Shown here: piece after piece, positions 23,610-32,413 of the stretch
Layout: each line of letters opens with the position of its first letter
Numbering within the stretch: the stretch's first letter is position 1
From: Patescibacteria group bacterium
GTDB taxonomy: Bacteria; Patescibacteriota; Minisyncoccia; Moranbacterales; UBA11712
Direction: 5' to 3'
DNA length: 50,334 nucleotides
Assembly: GCA_030018805.1 (NCBI GenBank)
Contig: JASEHL010000002.1
Span: 1-50,334 of the forward strand
Position numbers and translations under genes: made by a program
Notes under the pieces: model-generated
Seen by the model: the letters and a program-made list of their open reading frames with translations, nothing else
Told to the model about the DNA's origin: nothing
Databases searched by the model: none

Positions 23610-24806
23610 ATGAATACCAACACTTTCCGGATAAATTCCAGAAACAAAAAGGTGATGTTGGCCTTAGGGCCGGAATCTTCCGGCAATTTTTCCGTTTTTC
23701 GCGGAGGAAAAATTCATTTTTTCCAAACCGGGCTGGATCTTTTGCATGAGGAAAATTTTGAGAAATTCAAAAAGCTTACACTCGGCTTTTTGCGGCGGGA
23801 TAAGACAAAGCCCGATATCATTCTAACAGATCTGCATCCCGGGTACAGAACAACGATTTGGGGCAGGGAATTAGCGAAAAGATTAAAAATAAAAAACATC
23901 AATATTCAACATCACGTGGCTCACATTTTTTCAGCTATTGGAGATAAAATTATTAAAAATTCTCCGCCAAAGGCGGATCAGCCTGTGGCTGAAAAATTCA
24001 AAATTCAAAATTCATTCTTTGGGATCGCTTGCGATGGTACTGGTTACGGACTCGACGGGAAAATTTGGGGCGGAGAGGTGTTTCAATGTAAAAGCGAAAA
24101 GCGAAAAGCGAAAAGCTGTGAAAGGGTAGGGCACTTGGAGAATCAAATTCTGATTGGAGGGGATTTGGCAGTGCGGGAGCCGGCGAGGATGTTAATTAGT
24201 ATTTTAAGTAAATTTCTCGGTAAAAAGGAAATTTTTGGATTTGTGAAAAAATATTATTCGAAAAACGAGTTTGAAGTTCTTCTTAATCAGCTTCAGAGCA
24301 GATTCAATTGTCAAGAAACTTCGAGCACCGCCCGTGTTTTGGACGCAGTGGCAGTTTTACTCGGATTTTCTGCTAATCGACGAGTTAAGAAGCATGGTCC
24401 TGCGCTAGTACTCGAGAAAAATTCCACGCGCCCTTATAAATTGAACCCGGAAATAATATACGACAATGCAGAAAGAAGCTATATTTTGCTAACTACCATG
24501 CTTTTCGAATTCTTACTTAAAAATTTCAATAGAGACAAGAAGCGGTTGGCTGCCACTGTCCAGTGTTACATAGCCCAGGGTTTGCACGAGATTTCAAAAA
24601 AAATACCCTGCCTCGCCGGCAGGCAGGCAAATACTAAATACCAAATACTAAATACATATTTCTCCGGCGGAATGGCGGACAACAAAATTATGGCGGGATA
24701 TTTTTCATCGCAAGGATTTTATTTGAGCCAGAAAATACCCCGAGGCGATGCGGGGCTTTCCTTTGGACAAGTTGTCTATTACCTCTTAACAAATCCGGGG
24801 AATTAG
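23610..24806 (+). CDS. hypF: HypF-like carbamoyltransferase, C-terminal Kae1/ASKHA-like half only
   Basis: ..LALGPESSGNFSVF.., ..LTDLHPGYRTT.., ..NIQHHVAHIFS.., ..GIACDGTGYGLDGKIWGGEVF.., ..GGDLAVREPARM... No acylphosphatase, zinc-finger or YrdC-like domains. Three heptamer-repeat insertions. Confidence 0.7.
   Translation: MNTNTFRINSRNKKVMLALGPESSGNFSVFRGGKIHFFQTGLDLLHEENFEKFKKLTLGFLRRDKTKPDIILTDLHPGYRTTIWGRELAKRLKIKNINIQHHVAHIFSAIGDKIIKNSPPKADQPVAEKFKIQNSFFGIACDGTGYGLDGKIWGGEVFQCKSEKRKAKSCERVGHLENQILIGGDLAVREPARMLISILSKFLGKKEIFGFVKKYYSKNEFEVLLNQLQSRFNCQETSSTARVLDAVAVLLGFSANRRVKKHGPALVLEKNSTRPYKLNPEIIYDNAERSYILLTTMLFEFLLKNFNRDKKRLAATVQCYIAQGLHEISKKIPCLAGRQANTKYQILNTYFSGGMADNKIMAGYFSSQGFYLSQKIPRGDAGLSFGQVVYYLLTNPGN
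23991..24017 (+). repeat. (AAAATTC)x3 heptamer repeat inside hypF, preceded by two small hairpins
   Basis: gaaaaattcaaaattcaaaattcattc. Upstream lie ccgccaaaggcgg and cagcctgtggctg. Confidence 0.85.
24089..24116 (+). repeat. (AAAAGCG)x4 heptamer repeat inside hypF
   Basis: aaaagcgaaaagcgaaaagcgaaaagc encodes ..KSEKRKAKS.. Confidence 0.9.
24607..24656 (+). repeat. Hairpin plus (AAATACY)x4 heptamer repeat inside hypF
   Basis: cctgcctcgccggcaggcagg, then caaatactaaataccaaatactaaataca, encoding ..NTKYQILNTY.. Confidence 0.9.
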
Positions 24807-25784
24807 TTTTCCTTCCGGTATTTCAATTTTTCTCAAGCTTCCGATTCTAGTTTTCAAATGGACGCCGCGTCCTTGTTCAACCGATCCGATTATTTTTGCC
24901 CCGCGGTTGAATTTCTTGAGACGGGCGATTATTTTTTTCGCATGATATGTCGGAGCAGTGGCGATAAACCTTCCCTCTGAAGGAAGAGTGAATTTATCGA
25001 TTCCTAAAAGATCGGAAAGCGCCATGGCTTCTCTCTTGAAGGGAAGTTTTTCCTCTTCAAGGACTATCTTTACCTTTGATTTTTCCGAAACTTCATTGAG
25101 AACCGCCGCAATCCCGCCGCGGGTCGGGTCTTTCGCGCAAGTCAAAAACTTTGCCACACTATTTATTTCCCGAAAGAGCGGCTGGCAATCACTTTTTATT
25201 CTTGTTTTGTAGTTGAATCTTTCGGCGAGAAGCGCCACCGCGTGCTCGCCCAGATCGCCCGAGCTTATTAACAGATCGCCCGGCCTCGCTCCCGTGTTAC
25301 TCAAGATATGTTTTGCAATCCCTATTCCCGATGTTGTTATTTCAATTTTATCTATTTTTCCCTTCTCGGTTACTTTTGTGTCTCCAGTGACGATCGGCGC
25401 CTTTGTTTCACGCGATATTTCAGCGATGGAGTTCGCTATTTTGCGGAGATGTTCTTTTGGGAAACCTTCTTCGATGACCAAACTCAAAGAAATGCCGATT
25501 GGCGAGGCGCCCATAACGGCTAAGTCGTTGATTGTTCCGCAAATGGCCAGCTTCCCAATGTCCCCGCCCGGGAAAAAAATGGGATCAACGATGAAAGCGT
25601 CGGTCGTGAAAACAAATTTTTTACCCGCTAAGTCAAAAACCGCTCCGTCATCATCGGTATTTTTCCAGCCGGATCGGGAACCCAGGATTTTTGTAATTTC
25701 GCCTATCAGTTCGTTTGATTTTTTTCCTCCCGACCCATGCTCGATCTCAATCACATCTCTGGTTTCTTTGTTTGCTCCGTCCAT
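24786..25784 (-). CDS. hypE: Hydrogenase maturation protein HypE
   Basis: AIR-synthase-like fold, ..IEHGSGGK.. near the N-terminus and the diagnostic C-terminal ..PRIC. Confidence 0.9.
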   Translation of the reverse strand: MDGANKETRDVIEIEHGSGGKKSNELIGEITKILGSRSGWKNTDDDGAVFDLAGKKFVFTTDAFIVDPIFFPGGDIGKLAICGTINDLAVMGASPIGISLSLVIEEGFPKEHLRKIANSIAEISRETKAPIVTGDTKVTEKGKIDKIEITTSGIGIAKHILSNTGARPGDLLISSGDLGEHAVALLAERFNYKTRIKSDCQPLFREINSVAKFLTCAKDPTRGGIAAVLNEVSEKSKVKIVLEEEKLPFKREAMALSDLLGIDKFTLPSEGRFIATAPTYHAKKIIARLKKFNRGAKIIGSVEQGRGVHLKTRIGSLRKIEIPEGKLIPRIC

Positions 25785-26820
25785 ATTTATAATCTATACT
25801 GCATGTTCCTTCCACAGATACCATACAAGGGCCCTGCGGGTTTTGCGGATTGCAGATTTTCGCGAAAAGAGGACAATTTTTTGGATCTCTTAATCCTTGA
25901 AGAACCTCGCCGCACTTGCAAGCGGTCGGCTTGCTTGTTGTTTTTCTTCTGATCTTTTTTAATAAATTTTCAAAAACATATTCGGCGTTCTGCTTTTGAT
26001 ATTTTTTTCTTATCGCGAGTCCCGAACTTTTTATCTTTCCGAGTCCCCGCCAGTTCGCATCAACGACTTCGAAAACCTCGGCAATTATTTTTTGCGCGCG
26101 GGGATTGCCGCCTTTTTTAACGACACGGGCATATTCATTTTGCACTTCGTGTTTTCCATTGAGTATTTGGTCGAGAAGCATAGAAATTGCCCGAAGAACA
26201 TCAATTGCTTCAAAACCTGCAACAACCTGCGGCACCTTTAATTTTTCATACATTTTCGTTCCCGTAATCGCACTCACATGGCCGGGATTAATGAATCCGT
26301 CTATCTTGAGACTTTTCTTTTTCAAAAGCGTCTCCATTGCGGGAAAGAAACGTTTATGCGATGAGTATATCGTCAGTCCTTTTCTCACAGCCCAGGCGGT
26401 CATTGGCGTGGTGGTTTCAAATCCCATGCCGAAAAAAACAAGGTCCGGTTTTCTCTTTTTTATTTCCAGCGCTTCCGCGACGTCATAAACGGCGGAAACA
26501 TCTGTTCCGCCTGCCCGCGCTTTTTCAAGGCTCATCGAGTTTCCAGGGACTTTCAACACGTCCCCGTAGGTCGCGATAGGGATTCCTTCAAGCGCTAATC
26601 CAATGATGTTATCGATATCAGACTGATCCGTCACGCATACAGGACATCCTGGTCCTGCGACAAGTTTGATATTTTTCGGCAGAATATTTTTTATCCCATG
26701 TTGCGCTACGGTTTGCGAATGGGTGCCGCAGAGCTCCATGAAAGTCAGCGGGCGAGAGGCCAGGAGCGCCTTCTTTCGGATATCTTCCAAGATTGTTGTA
26801 TACTGTGATTTTTTCGTCAT
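25747..26820 (-). CDS. hypD: Hydrogenase maturation protein HypD
   Basis: ..MELCGTHS.., ..VAGPGCPVCVT.., ..GFETT.., ..PGHVS.. motifs. Confidence 0.9.
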   Translation of the reverse strand: MTKKSQYTTILEDIRKKALLASRPLTFMELCGTHSQTVAQHGIKNILPKNIKLVAGPGCPVCVTDQSDIDNIIGLALEGIPIATYGDVLKVPGNSMSLEKARAGGTDVSAVYDVAEALEIKKRKPDLVFFGMGFETTTPMTAWAVRKGLTIYSSHKRFFPAMETLLKKKSLKIDGFINPGHVSAITGTKMYEKLKVPQVVAGFEAIDVLRAISMLLDQILNGKHEVQNEYARVVKKGGNPRAQKIIAEVFEVVDANWRGLGKIKSSGLAIRKKYQKQNAEYVFENLLKKIRRKTTSKPTACKCGEVLQGLRDPKNCPLFAKICNPQNPQGPCMVSVEGTCSIDYKYGRSKQRNQRCD

Positions 26821-27011
26821 GGAGCGGGAGGATTTACTCGTGTATCTTCGGGATGCACCAATTCAATGGCAAAACCCGCGTGTACCATGGCATAATCGCC
26901 TATCTTCGCCGGCACTAGCGATATGTTTATTTCTTTCCTAATGCCCCTAAAATCAGCGACTGCTTTTTCGCCTTTCAGTCCAATTATTTTTCCCGGTATG
27001 GCAAGACACAT
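26817..27011 (-). CDS. hypC: Hydrogenase maturation chaperone HypC
   Basis: MCLAIPGKI.. N-terminus. 64 aa. 4-nt overlap with hypD. Confidence 0.85.
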   Translation of the reverse strand: MCLAIPGKIIGLKGEKAVADFRGIRKEINISLVPAKIGDYAMVHAGFAIELVHPEDTRVNPPAP

Positions 27012-27088
27012 AAAATTTGCTACAATTACATTGCGGTGTTACTTAATCCTAACATAGACGCCGATTTTCATAAATATGCGTTAAATCA

Positions 27089-28414
27089 ATGAAAAATCTC
27101 GTCCCTCAATCCCTCAAAAATGTATATCATCTTTTCCAGGCAATTTTTGCCAATGTTTGGTATGGTTTTCCGTCGCGGCGCTTGAAAGTGATTGGCGTGA
27201 CGGGGACAAACGGGAAAACGACAACGGTGCAGATGATCGCGAAGATTTTGGAAGAGGCAGGGTACAAAATTGCCGTTGCCTCAACAATAAATTTTAAGAT
27301 TGGTGAAAAAGAATGGGTGAATAAGAGCAAATTCACGACTCTCTCCAGTTGGGCGCTGCAAAAATTTTTGAGGCGAGCTGTGGCGGCCGGATGCGAATAC
27401 GCGGTTCTCGAAGTGTCTTCGCATTCGCTCGACCAAAACCGGGTTTGGGGAGTGGATTTCGATGTAGCGGTGATCGCGAATATCACGCGCGAGCATCTTG
27501 ATTATCATGAGACGATGGAAGAATACGCGAAGGTGAAGGGGAAATTGTTTGCAATGGCGGCTAAAAATTCAAACGGGGTGGCGGTAATTAATCTAGAGAT
27601 GGATAACGCAGAAAATTTCTTGAAATATACAATAAAAGAGAGATATGGATACGGCATAAAAGTCCAAAGTCCAAAGTCCAAAGTTCAAAGTGACAGTTTA
27701 AAGTTAAAAATTATTGAAGCCGAAAATATTCAATTAAACATACAAAATACTAAATACCAGATACTAAATACCAACTTCCAGCTAAATTTGCCTGGAGAAT
27801 TCAACGTCGAAAACGCTCTGGCGGCGACGTGTGTCGGACTTTCCCAAAATATACCGCTTGAAAAAATTGCCGAGGCGCTGGGAAAGATAAAGAATATACC
27901 GGGCAGGATGGAGCGAATAGGAAATGACAAGGGCTTGGAAATAATCGTCGATTATGCGGTGACGCCGGATTCTCTGGAGAAACTTTATAGTTTAGTTGGG
28001 GAGATGAGGAAGAGAGGGGAGATTAGGGACGGGAGAATCATTGCCGTTTTTGGCGCGTGCGGTGAACGAGACCGGGGCAAGCGGCCAATTATGGGAGAAA
28101 TTGTGGCGAGAGTTGCCGATTACGTGATTATAACCAACGAAGATCCATACGGCGAAGATCCGCAGCAAATTATAGACGAGGTTTTTGAAGGAGTGAAGAA
28201 ACACAAAGAGGAAAATGAAAATGCTTTCCGAATATTGGACCGCCGCGAAGCCATCAAAAAAGCCCTCGAAATGGCAAGAGCAGGTGATATCGTCGTGATC
28301 ACCGGGAAAGGAGCCGAAGAAACGATGGCTGTTGGTAAAGAAAGAATTCCCTGGAACGATCCGGCAGTTATCCGAGAAACATTGCGAGAGCAAGTGTCCC
28401 CAAAAAACCGATAA
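27089..28414 (+). CDS. murE: Mur ligase, MurE-like UDP-MurNAc-tripeptide synthetase with a short N-domain
   Basis: ..VIGVTGTNGKTTT.., ..LEVSSHSLDQNRV..NITREHLDYHETMEEY.., ..GRMERI..IVDYAVTPDSLEKL.., ..FGACGERDRGKRPIMG..NEDPYGEDP.. Confidence 0.8.
   Translation: MKNLVPQSLKNVYHLFQAIFANVWYGFPSRRLKVIGVTGTNGKTTTVQMIAKILEEAGYKIAVASTINFKIGEKEWVNKSKFTTLSSWALQKFLRRAVAAGCEYAVLEVSSHSLDQNRVWGVDFDVAVIANITREHLDYHETMEEYAKVKGKLFAMAAKNSNGVAVINLEMDNAENFLKYTIKERYGYGIKVQSPKSKVQSDSLKLKIIEAENIQLNIQNTKYQILNTNFQLNLPGEFNVENALAATCVGLSQNIPLEKIAEALGKIKNIPGRMERIGNDKGLEIIVDYAVTPDSLEKLYSLVGEMRKRGEIRDGRIIAVFGACGERDRGKRPIMGEIVARVADYVIITNEDPYGEDPQQIIDEVFEGVKKHKEENENAFRILDRREAIKKALEMARAGDIVVITGKGAEETMAVGKERIPWNDPAVIRETLREQVSPKNR
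27658..27712 (+). repeat. (AAAGTCC)x3 and related heptamer repeat inside murE
   Basis: aaaagtccaaagtccaaagtccaaagttcaaagtgacagtttaaagttaaaaatt encodes ..KVQSPKSKVQSDSLKLK.. Confidence 0.9.
27742..27772 (+). repeat. (AAATACY) heptamer repeat inside murE
   Basis: acaaaatactaaataccagatactaaatacc encodes ..NTKYQILNT.., the same peptide as in hypF. Confidence 0.9.
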
Positions 28415-28808
28415 GCGCGCCGACTATCACTTCGCTCAATCGATGGCCGACTCTTTCTTTCAGTCGGGGAAATTTCTTTTTATCTATCGGCAGTTCGTTT
28501 ATGATCATATTCAAATAACGTCCGTGATCTCCCATATACATTCGGAGCCGCAGAGAATCCTCAATAGTCAGAACCGCGAAGAAAACCGCAAGAGCAAAAA
28601 AACTTGAAATGATTCCTTCGTAGTAGCCCATTGTTGTTACTATGGAAACGACAAAAGCGGTATGGGCGCTGGGCATATGACCGTACATCAAGGCGTCATC
28701 CCACCTCAATCCGTGTTTTATTGAGTATATTGTGAATTTTAGGATACGGGTAAAAGCACCCACAAGAAGGGGGATTGCGACGATGGCGTAGTTTTGAAAT
28801 TCCGGCAT
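28368..28808 (-). CDS. DUF212 / divergent PAP2 (acid phosphatase/vanadium haloperoxidase-related) membrane protein
   Basis: ..YGHMPSAHTAFVVS.., ..VGHRLSEVIVGALIG.. Multi-TM. Confidence 0.7.
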   Translation of the reverse strand: MPEFQNYAIVAIPLLVGAFTRILKFTIYSIKHGLRWDDALMYGHMPSAHTAFVVSIVTTMGYYEGIISSFFALAVFFAVLTIEDSLRLRMYMGDHGRYLNMIINELPIDKKKFPRLKERVGHRLSEVIVGALIGFLGTLALAMFLG

Positions 28809-28889
28809 GTATATATTGTAATGTATTTCAAGAAGAAAGGAAATATCGGGTCGCCTATTGTGGATTGAGAATTTGTTTTATGGTATTAT

Positions 28890-29828
28890 TTGGTTATGGA
28901 GGATCCGAGAAAAAATTTCGTTTTGCTTTCCAAAGTTGCCGAGGAAAAAAAATACGCCCAGGAATATCTGGGGCTTTTGGCGCGCCGCGGTGATATTGGC
29001 TCGATTCGAATTGGGAAACGTTGGTACACGAAGAGGGAATGGTTTTCGGAATTTTTAGCTGACGCGGAGGCGAGAAAGGCGGAAGCAAAAACCGCGAAGA
29101 CCGAAGTCAAGCAAGTCAAAGCAGAACCCGTCGAAAAGAGAAAAATTGAAAAAGTTTTTCTGCCGAGAGCCGTGGAATTTGTGCCGCGTGATTTGCCGGA
29201 AAAAATTGTTTTGAAAAAAACATTTCCGCGGATTGAACAGGAATTGCCGGTGATTAACCCCGTTAGAAATCAATCCCGCGATCCCTTGCGGTTAGCAAGG
29301 AGTAAAAACAATCAACGCAATCAGCTGCGGTATTCGGCAAATATTTCTTATGGGGTTAATTTGCGAAAAATTGCGAATCGCGGAAATTTGGAAAATAAAG
29401 GAAACAAGGAGAATTGGGTGAATTGGGAAAATTTGAGAAATCAAAAAAAAGAAGAATTAGGCGAAAGCTTAAAAATTTGGAATGTGGCCAGAGATATTTC
29501 GCCAAGTTTTTTGCCGGAGCGAAAAGAACAATTCCCGCTTTTTCCAAAATTTGCTTTTGCGATGTCAGTGGTGCTATTATTAGTTCTGCTTTTTCAGTTC
29601 GGGATTATTTATAAAAAGGAAATTGCGAGGCTGGCAGGATTTGAATCGGGTGTGGTGGCGGGCGTGGAAAAAAGCAAGTTGAATTTGTCGGTTGTCAAAG
29701 ATTCTTCTCTCGATTATTTGGGAAGCCAAAGCGACAAAACGAAAGAAAGTATCTCGCTATCGCGCGTATTAGTAAGGGCGGCGATGGAGCGAAACAGTGA
29801 ACAAGGACCAACAAACAATGACCAATAG
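28890..29828 (+). CDS. Hypothetical protein with an N-terminal excisionase/MerR-like HTH, a K/E-rich linker and one TM
   Basis: ..LLSKVAEEKKYAQEYLGLLARRGDIGSIRIGKRWYTKREW... Contains a repeat-encoded segment at 29361-29442 (..RGNLENKGNKENWVNWENLRNQ..). Confidence 0.5.
   Translation: MVMEDPRKNFVLLSKVAEEKKYAQEYLGLLARRGDIGSIRIGKRWYTKREWFSEFLADAEARKAEAKTAKTEVKQVKAEPVEKRKIEKVFLPRAVEFVPRDLPEKIVLKKTFPRIEQELPVINPVRNQSRDPLRLARSKNNQRNQLRYSANISYGVNLRKIANRGNLENKGNKENWVNWENLRNQKKEELGESLKIWNVARDISPSFLPERKEQFPLFPKFAFAMSVVLLLVLLFQFGIIYKKEIARLAGFESGVVAGVEKSKLNLSVVKDSSLDYLGSQSDKTKESISLSRVLVRAAMERNSEQGPTNNDQ
29361..29442 (+). repeat. Short-period (7-nt class) repeats inside the 28890 gene
   Basis: ttgcgaaaaattgcgaatcgcggaaatttggaaaataaaggaaacaaggagaattgggtgaattgggaaaatttgagaaatc. 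Confidence 0.7.
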
Positions 29829-29903
29829 TTTTTTAATTAGCTGTTTTCACTGTTCTTTGTTCATTGATCTTTGATCATTAATTAACTATTAAATAACAAT
29901 ATT

Positions 29904-30452
29904 ATGATCATGTGGGTAATATTGGGAATAGTCGCCGTTCTCATCATTTGGGCAATCGCGGTGTATAATGGGCTCATTCGGCTCAAAAACCGGGTTGACG
30001 AAGCCTGGAGCGACATCGATGTTCAGCTCAAGAGAAGGTACGACCTCATTCCGAACTTGGTTTCAACCGTCAAAGGGTACGCCCAGCACGAAAAAGAAGT
30101 TTTCGAAAAAGTGACGGAAGCGCGGACGCGCGCGATGGGAGCGCAATCGGCTGGTGATAAGGCGCAGGCGGAGAATATGTTGAGCCAGACCTTGAAAAGT
30201 CTTTTCGCGGTGGCGGAAAACTATCCCGATCTCAAAGCCAACCAGAATTTTTTGGAGCTGCAGAAAGAGCTTGCCGACACAGAGGACAAGATTCAGGCAT
30301 CTCGCCGGTTCTACAACGGAAATGTCCGTGACTTCAACACCAAAATTCAAGTCTTCCCGAACAATATTTTCGCCGGCATGCTGGGATTTGCGGCGCGGGA
30401 ATTTTTTGAAGCAGCGGAAGGCGAGAAAGAGGCAGTTAAAGTGGAATTCTAG
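29904..30452 (+). CDS. lemA: LemA-family membrane protein
   Basis: ..YNGLIRLKNRVDEAWSDIDVQLKRRYDLIPNLV..ENYPDLKAN..RRFYN.. Confidence 0.85.
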   Translation: MIMWVILGIVAVLIIWAIAVYNGLIRLKNRVDEAWSDIDVQLKRRYDLIPNLVSTVKGYAQHEKEVFEKVTEARTRAMGAQSAGDKAQAENMLSQTLKSLFAVAENYPDLKANQNFLELQKELADTEDKIQASRRFYNGNVRDFNTKIQVFPNNIFAGMLGFAAREFFEAAEGEKEAVKVEF

Positions 30453-30513
30453 TCTTTTCTTATAGTGGAATATATTTTCCGCCAAGCTAGCAATACCTAG
30501 AAAATTTTGTGTT

Positions 30514-31392
30514 ATGGCAACTATTTATACACAAGCAGATAAGAATATAAGATTGACGTGGATTTACATCACGGGTTTTTTAATCTTCGTCATCGCCATT
30601 GGGTATATTTTTGCCGAAGCTATGAATAATTTCGCAATTCTCGTCATTGCCGTTGTTTTCAGCACGCTTATGAGTTTGGCATCTTACTGGTGGAGCGACA
30701 AGATCGTGCTCGCCATGAGTGGAGCAAAAGAAGTCACGCACGAAAACGCGAAAGAGATTTATCATATCGTCGAAAATCTTTGCATTACGGCTGGACTACC
30801 GACTCCAAAAATCTATGTGATAAACGACCCTTCACCGAATGCCTTTGCGACTGGACGTAATCCGAAGCATGCCGTGATTGCTGTCACAACAGGTCTCGCA
30901 GAAAAACTGGAAAAAAAAGAAATGGAAGGAGTCATCGCCCACGAACTTTCGCATATTGGCAATCGGGATATGCTTCTCTCGACAGTCATTGTGGTTTTGG
31001 TCGGATTTATCGCTCTTATGGCCGATTGGTTCCGCCGATGGGCATGGTTTGGTGGTGATGATGACAATGGAAAAAATCCAATATTTTTGGTTATCGCGAT
31101 TATTCTTTCCATTCTCGCGCCGATCGCGGCAATGCTCATCCAACTTGCGATTTCCAGAAAGCGCGAATTTTTGGCCGACGCGGACGGCGCGCTTCTCATG
31201 AGATATCCGGAAGGCCTTGCGAGCGCGCTCGAAAAAATCTCCGCCGACCCGACGCCCATGCGCTCCGCCAACCGCGCGACCGCGCATCTTTTCATAGCCA
31301 ATCCCTTCCGCGGCAAAAAAATATCTTCACTTTTCCAAATCCACCCGCCCATCGAGGAGCGCGTAAAAGCTTTGCGGGGGATGGATGTGTAA
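30514..31392 (+). CDS. htpX: M48-family zinc protease HtpX
   Basis: HELSHIGNRD (HExxH). Four TM segments. ..PNAFATG.. and the C-terminal ..HPPIEERV.. Confidence 0.9.
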   Translation: MATIYTQADKNIRLTWIYITGFLIFVIAIGYIFAEAMNNFAILVIAVVFSTLMSLASYWWSDKIVLAMSGAKEVTHENAKEIYHIVENLCITAGLPTPKIYVINDPSPNAFATGRNPKHAVIAVTTGLAEKLEKKEMEGVIAHELSHIGNRDMLLSTVIVVLVGFIALMADWFRRWAWFGGDDDNGKNPIFLVIAIILSILAPIAAMLIQLAISRKREFLADADGALLMRYPEGLASALEKISADPTPMRSANRATAHLFIANPFRGKKISSLFQIHPPIEERVKALRGMDV

Positions 31393-31427
31393 ATTTAATC
31401 CCAGAGTTCAACTCTGGGATTATTTAA

Positions 31428-31805
31428 ATGCAATTTAAGGTTCCGAAAAATACCCAGAAGTATGAATGGACCCAGCATGCGATCATAAAAATGAAACAAT
31501 ACGGGCTCACGGCCCAGCGGATTTTGCGCGTGGTGAAAAATCCCGAGAGGACGGAAGAGGGAATCGTGAGGAATACGATTGCGGTGATGCAACCTTCATC
31601 ATTCAGTACGAAAAACGGGAAAAGGGTCTGGACGCGTGAGATTTGGGCGATGTACGAAAAAAAAGCTAAAAGTCAAAGGTCAAAAGTCAAAAGCTTGGTA
31701 GGTCAAAAAATAAAAATTATCAGTGCGTGGCGCTATCCGGGTGTGAGCCCGAAAAGAGACCCGATTCCAAACGAGATTTTGCAGGAACTGGAAAGTATGC
31801 TTTAA
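31428..31805 (+). CDS. Hypothetical protein
   Basis: 125-aa ORF in the operon orientation. Carries the in-frame heptamer segment 31666-31694 (..AKSQRSKVKS..). Confidence 0.45.
   Translation: MQFKVPKNTQKYEWTQHAIIKMKQYGLTAQRILRVVKNPERTEEGIVRNTIAVMQPSSFSTKNGKRVWTREIWAMYEKKAKSQRSKVKSLVGQKIKIISAWRYPGVSPKRDPIPNEILQELESML
31666..31694 (+). repeat. (AAAAGTC/AAAGGTC)x4 heptamer repeat
   Basis: ctaaaagtcaaaggtcaaaagtcaaaagc. Confidence 0.85.
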
Positions 31806-31888
31806 TAATATGGAAGAGGAAATAAGACCAAACAGGAAAGTTTGATGAATAAATCAAAAATCTTTGAAACAGAAAGCGGGGTGACAAT

Positions 31889-32233
31889 ATGACCGAAGAA
31901 ACAAAAAAAGCGAGCCCGGAAGATGCGGAGAAAAACAAAGCCTTTGCAATCATCGGATACATTTTTCCGATTCTGTTTTTCATCCCGCTCGTGACGGACG
32001 CGAAAAACAGCCCATTCGCGAAATTCCACGCCAATCAGCAGCTCAATCTCCTTCTTTTCGGAGTGATTGGATGGACGGCGACCGGAATTCTTTCGATTAT
32101 TCTCATCGGTGTCATTCTGATGCCTATCATTGCCATTGCCGGATTGGTATTTATGATTTTGGGAATCGTCAACGCGGCGAAAGGTGAAATGAAAGAGCTG
32201 CCCGTCATCGGCGGATTCAAATTGATAAACTAA
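31889..32233 (+). CDS. DUF4870-like small membrane protein
   Basis: ..AFAIIGYIFPILFFIPLV..FAKFHANQQLNL.. pattern. Three TM segments. Confidence 0.6.
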   Translation: MTEETKKASPEDAEKNKAFAIIGYIFPILFFIPLVTDAKNSPFAKFHANQQLNLLLFGVIGWTATGILSIILIGVILMPIIAIAGLVFMILGIVNAAKGEMKELPVIGGFKLIN

Positions 32234-32413
32234 AAATGCTGTTGCGCAATAGTATTTTCAAAAAACAGGTGATCCTTTCGGGGTTGCCTGTTTTTGGTGT
32301 ATAATAGAATCATGAATCCCGTTGAAAGCTTTTTTGCTTCACGATGCTCAAGCGGGATTCATAGTAAAAAAGAAAAACGCAGAGTATGAATCATATACTT
32401 GACTTCTAATGGG

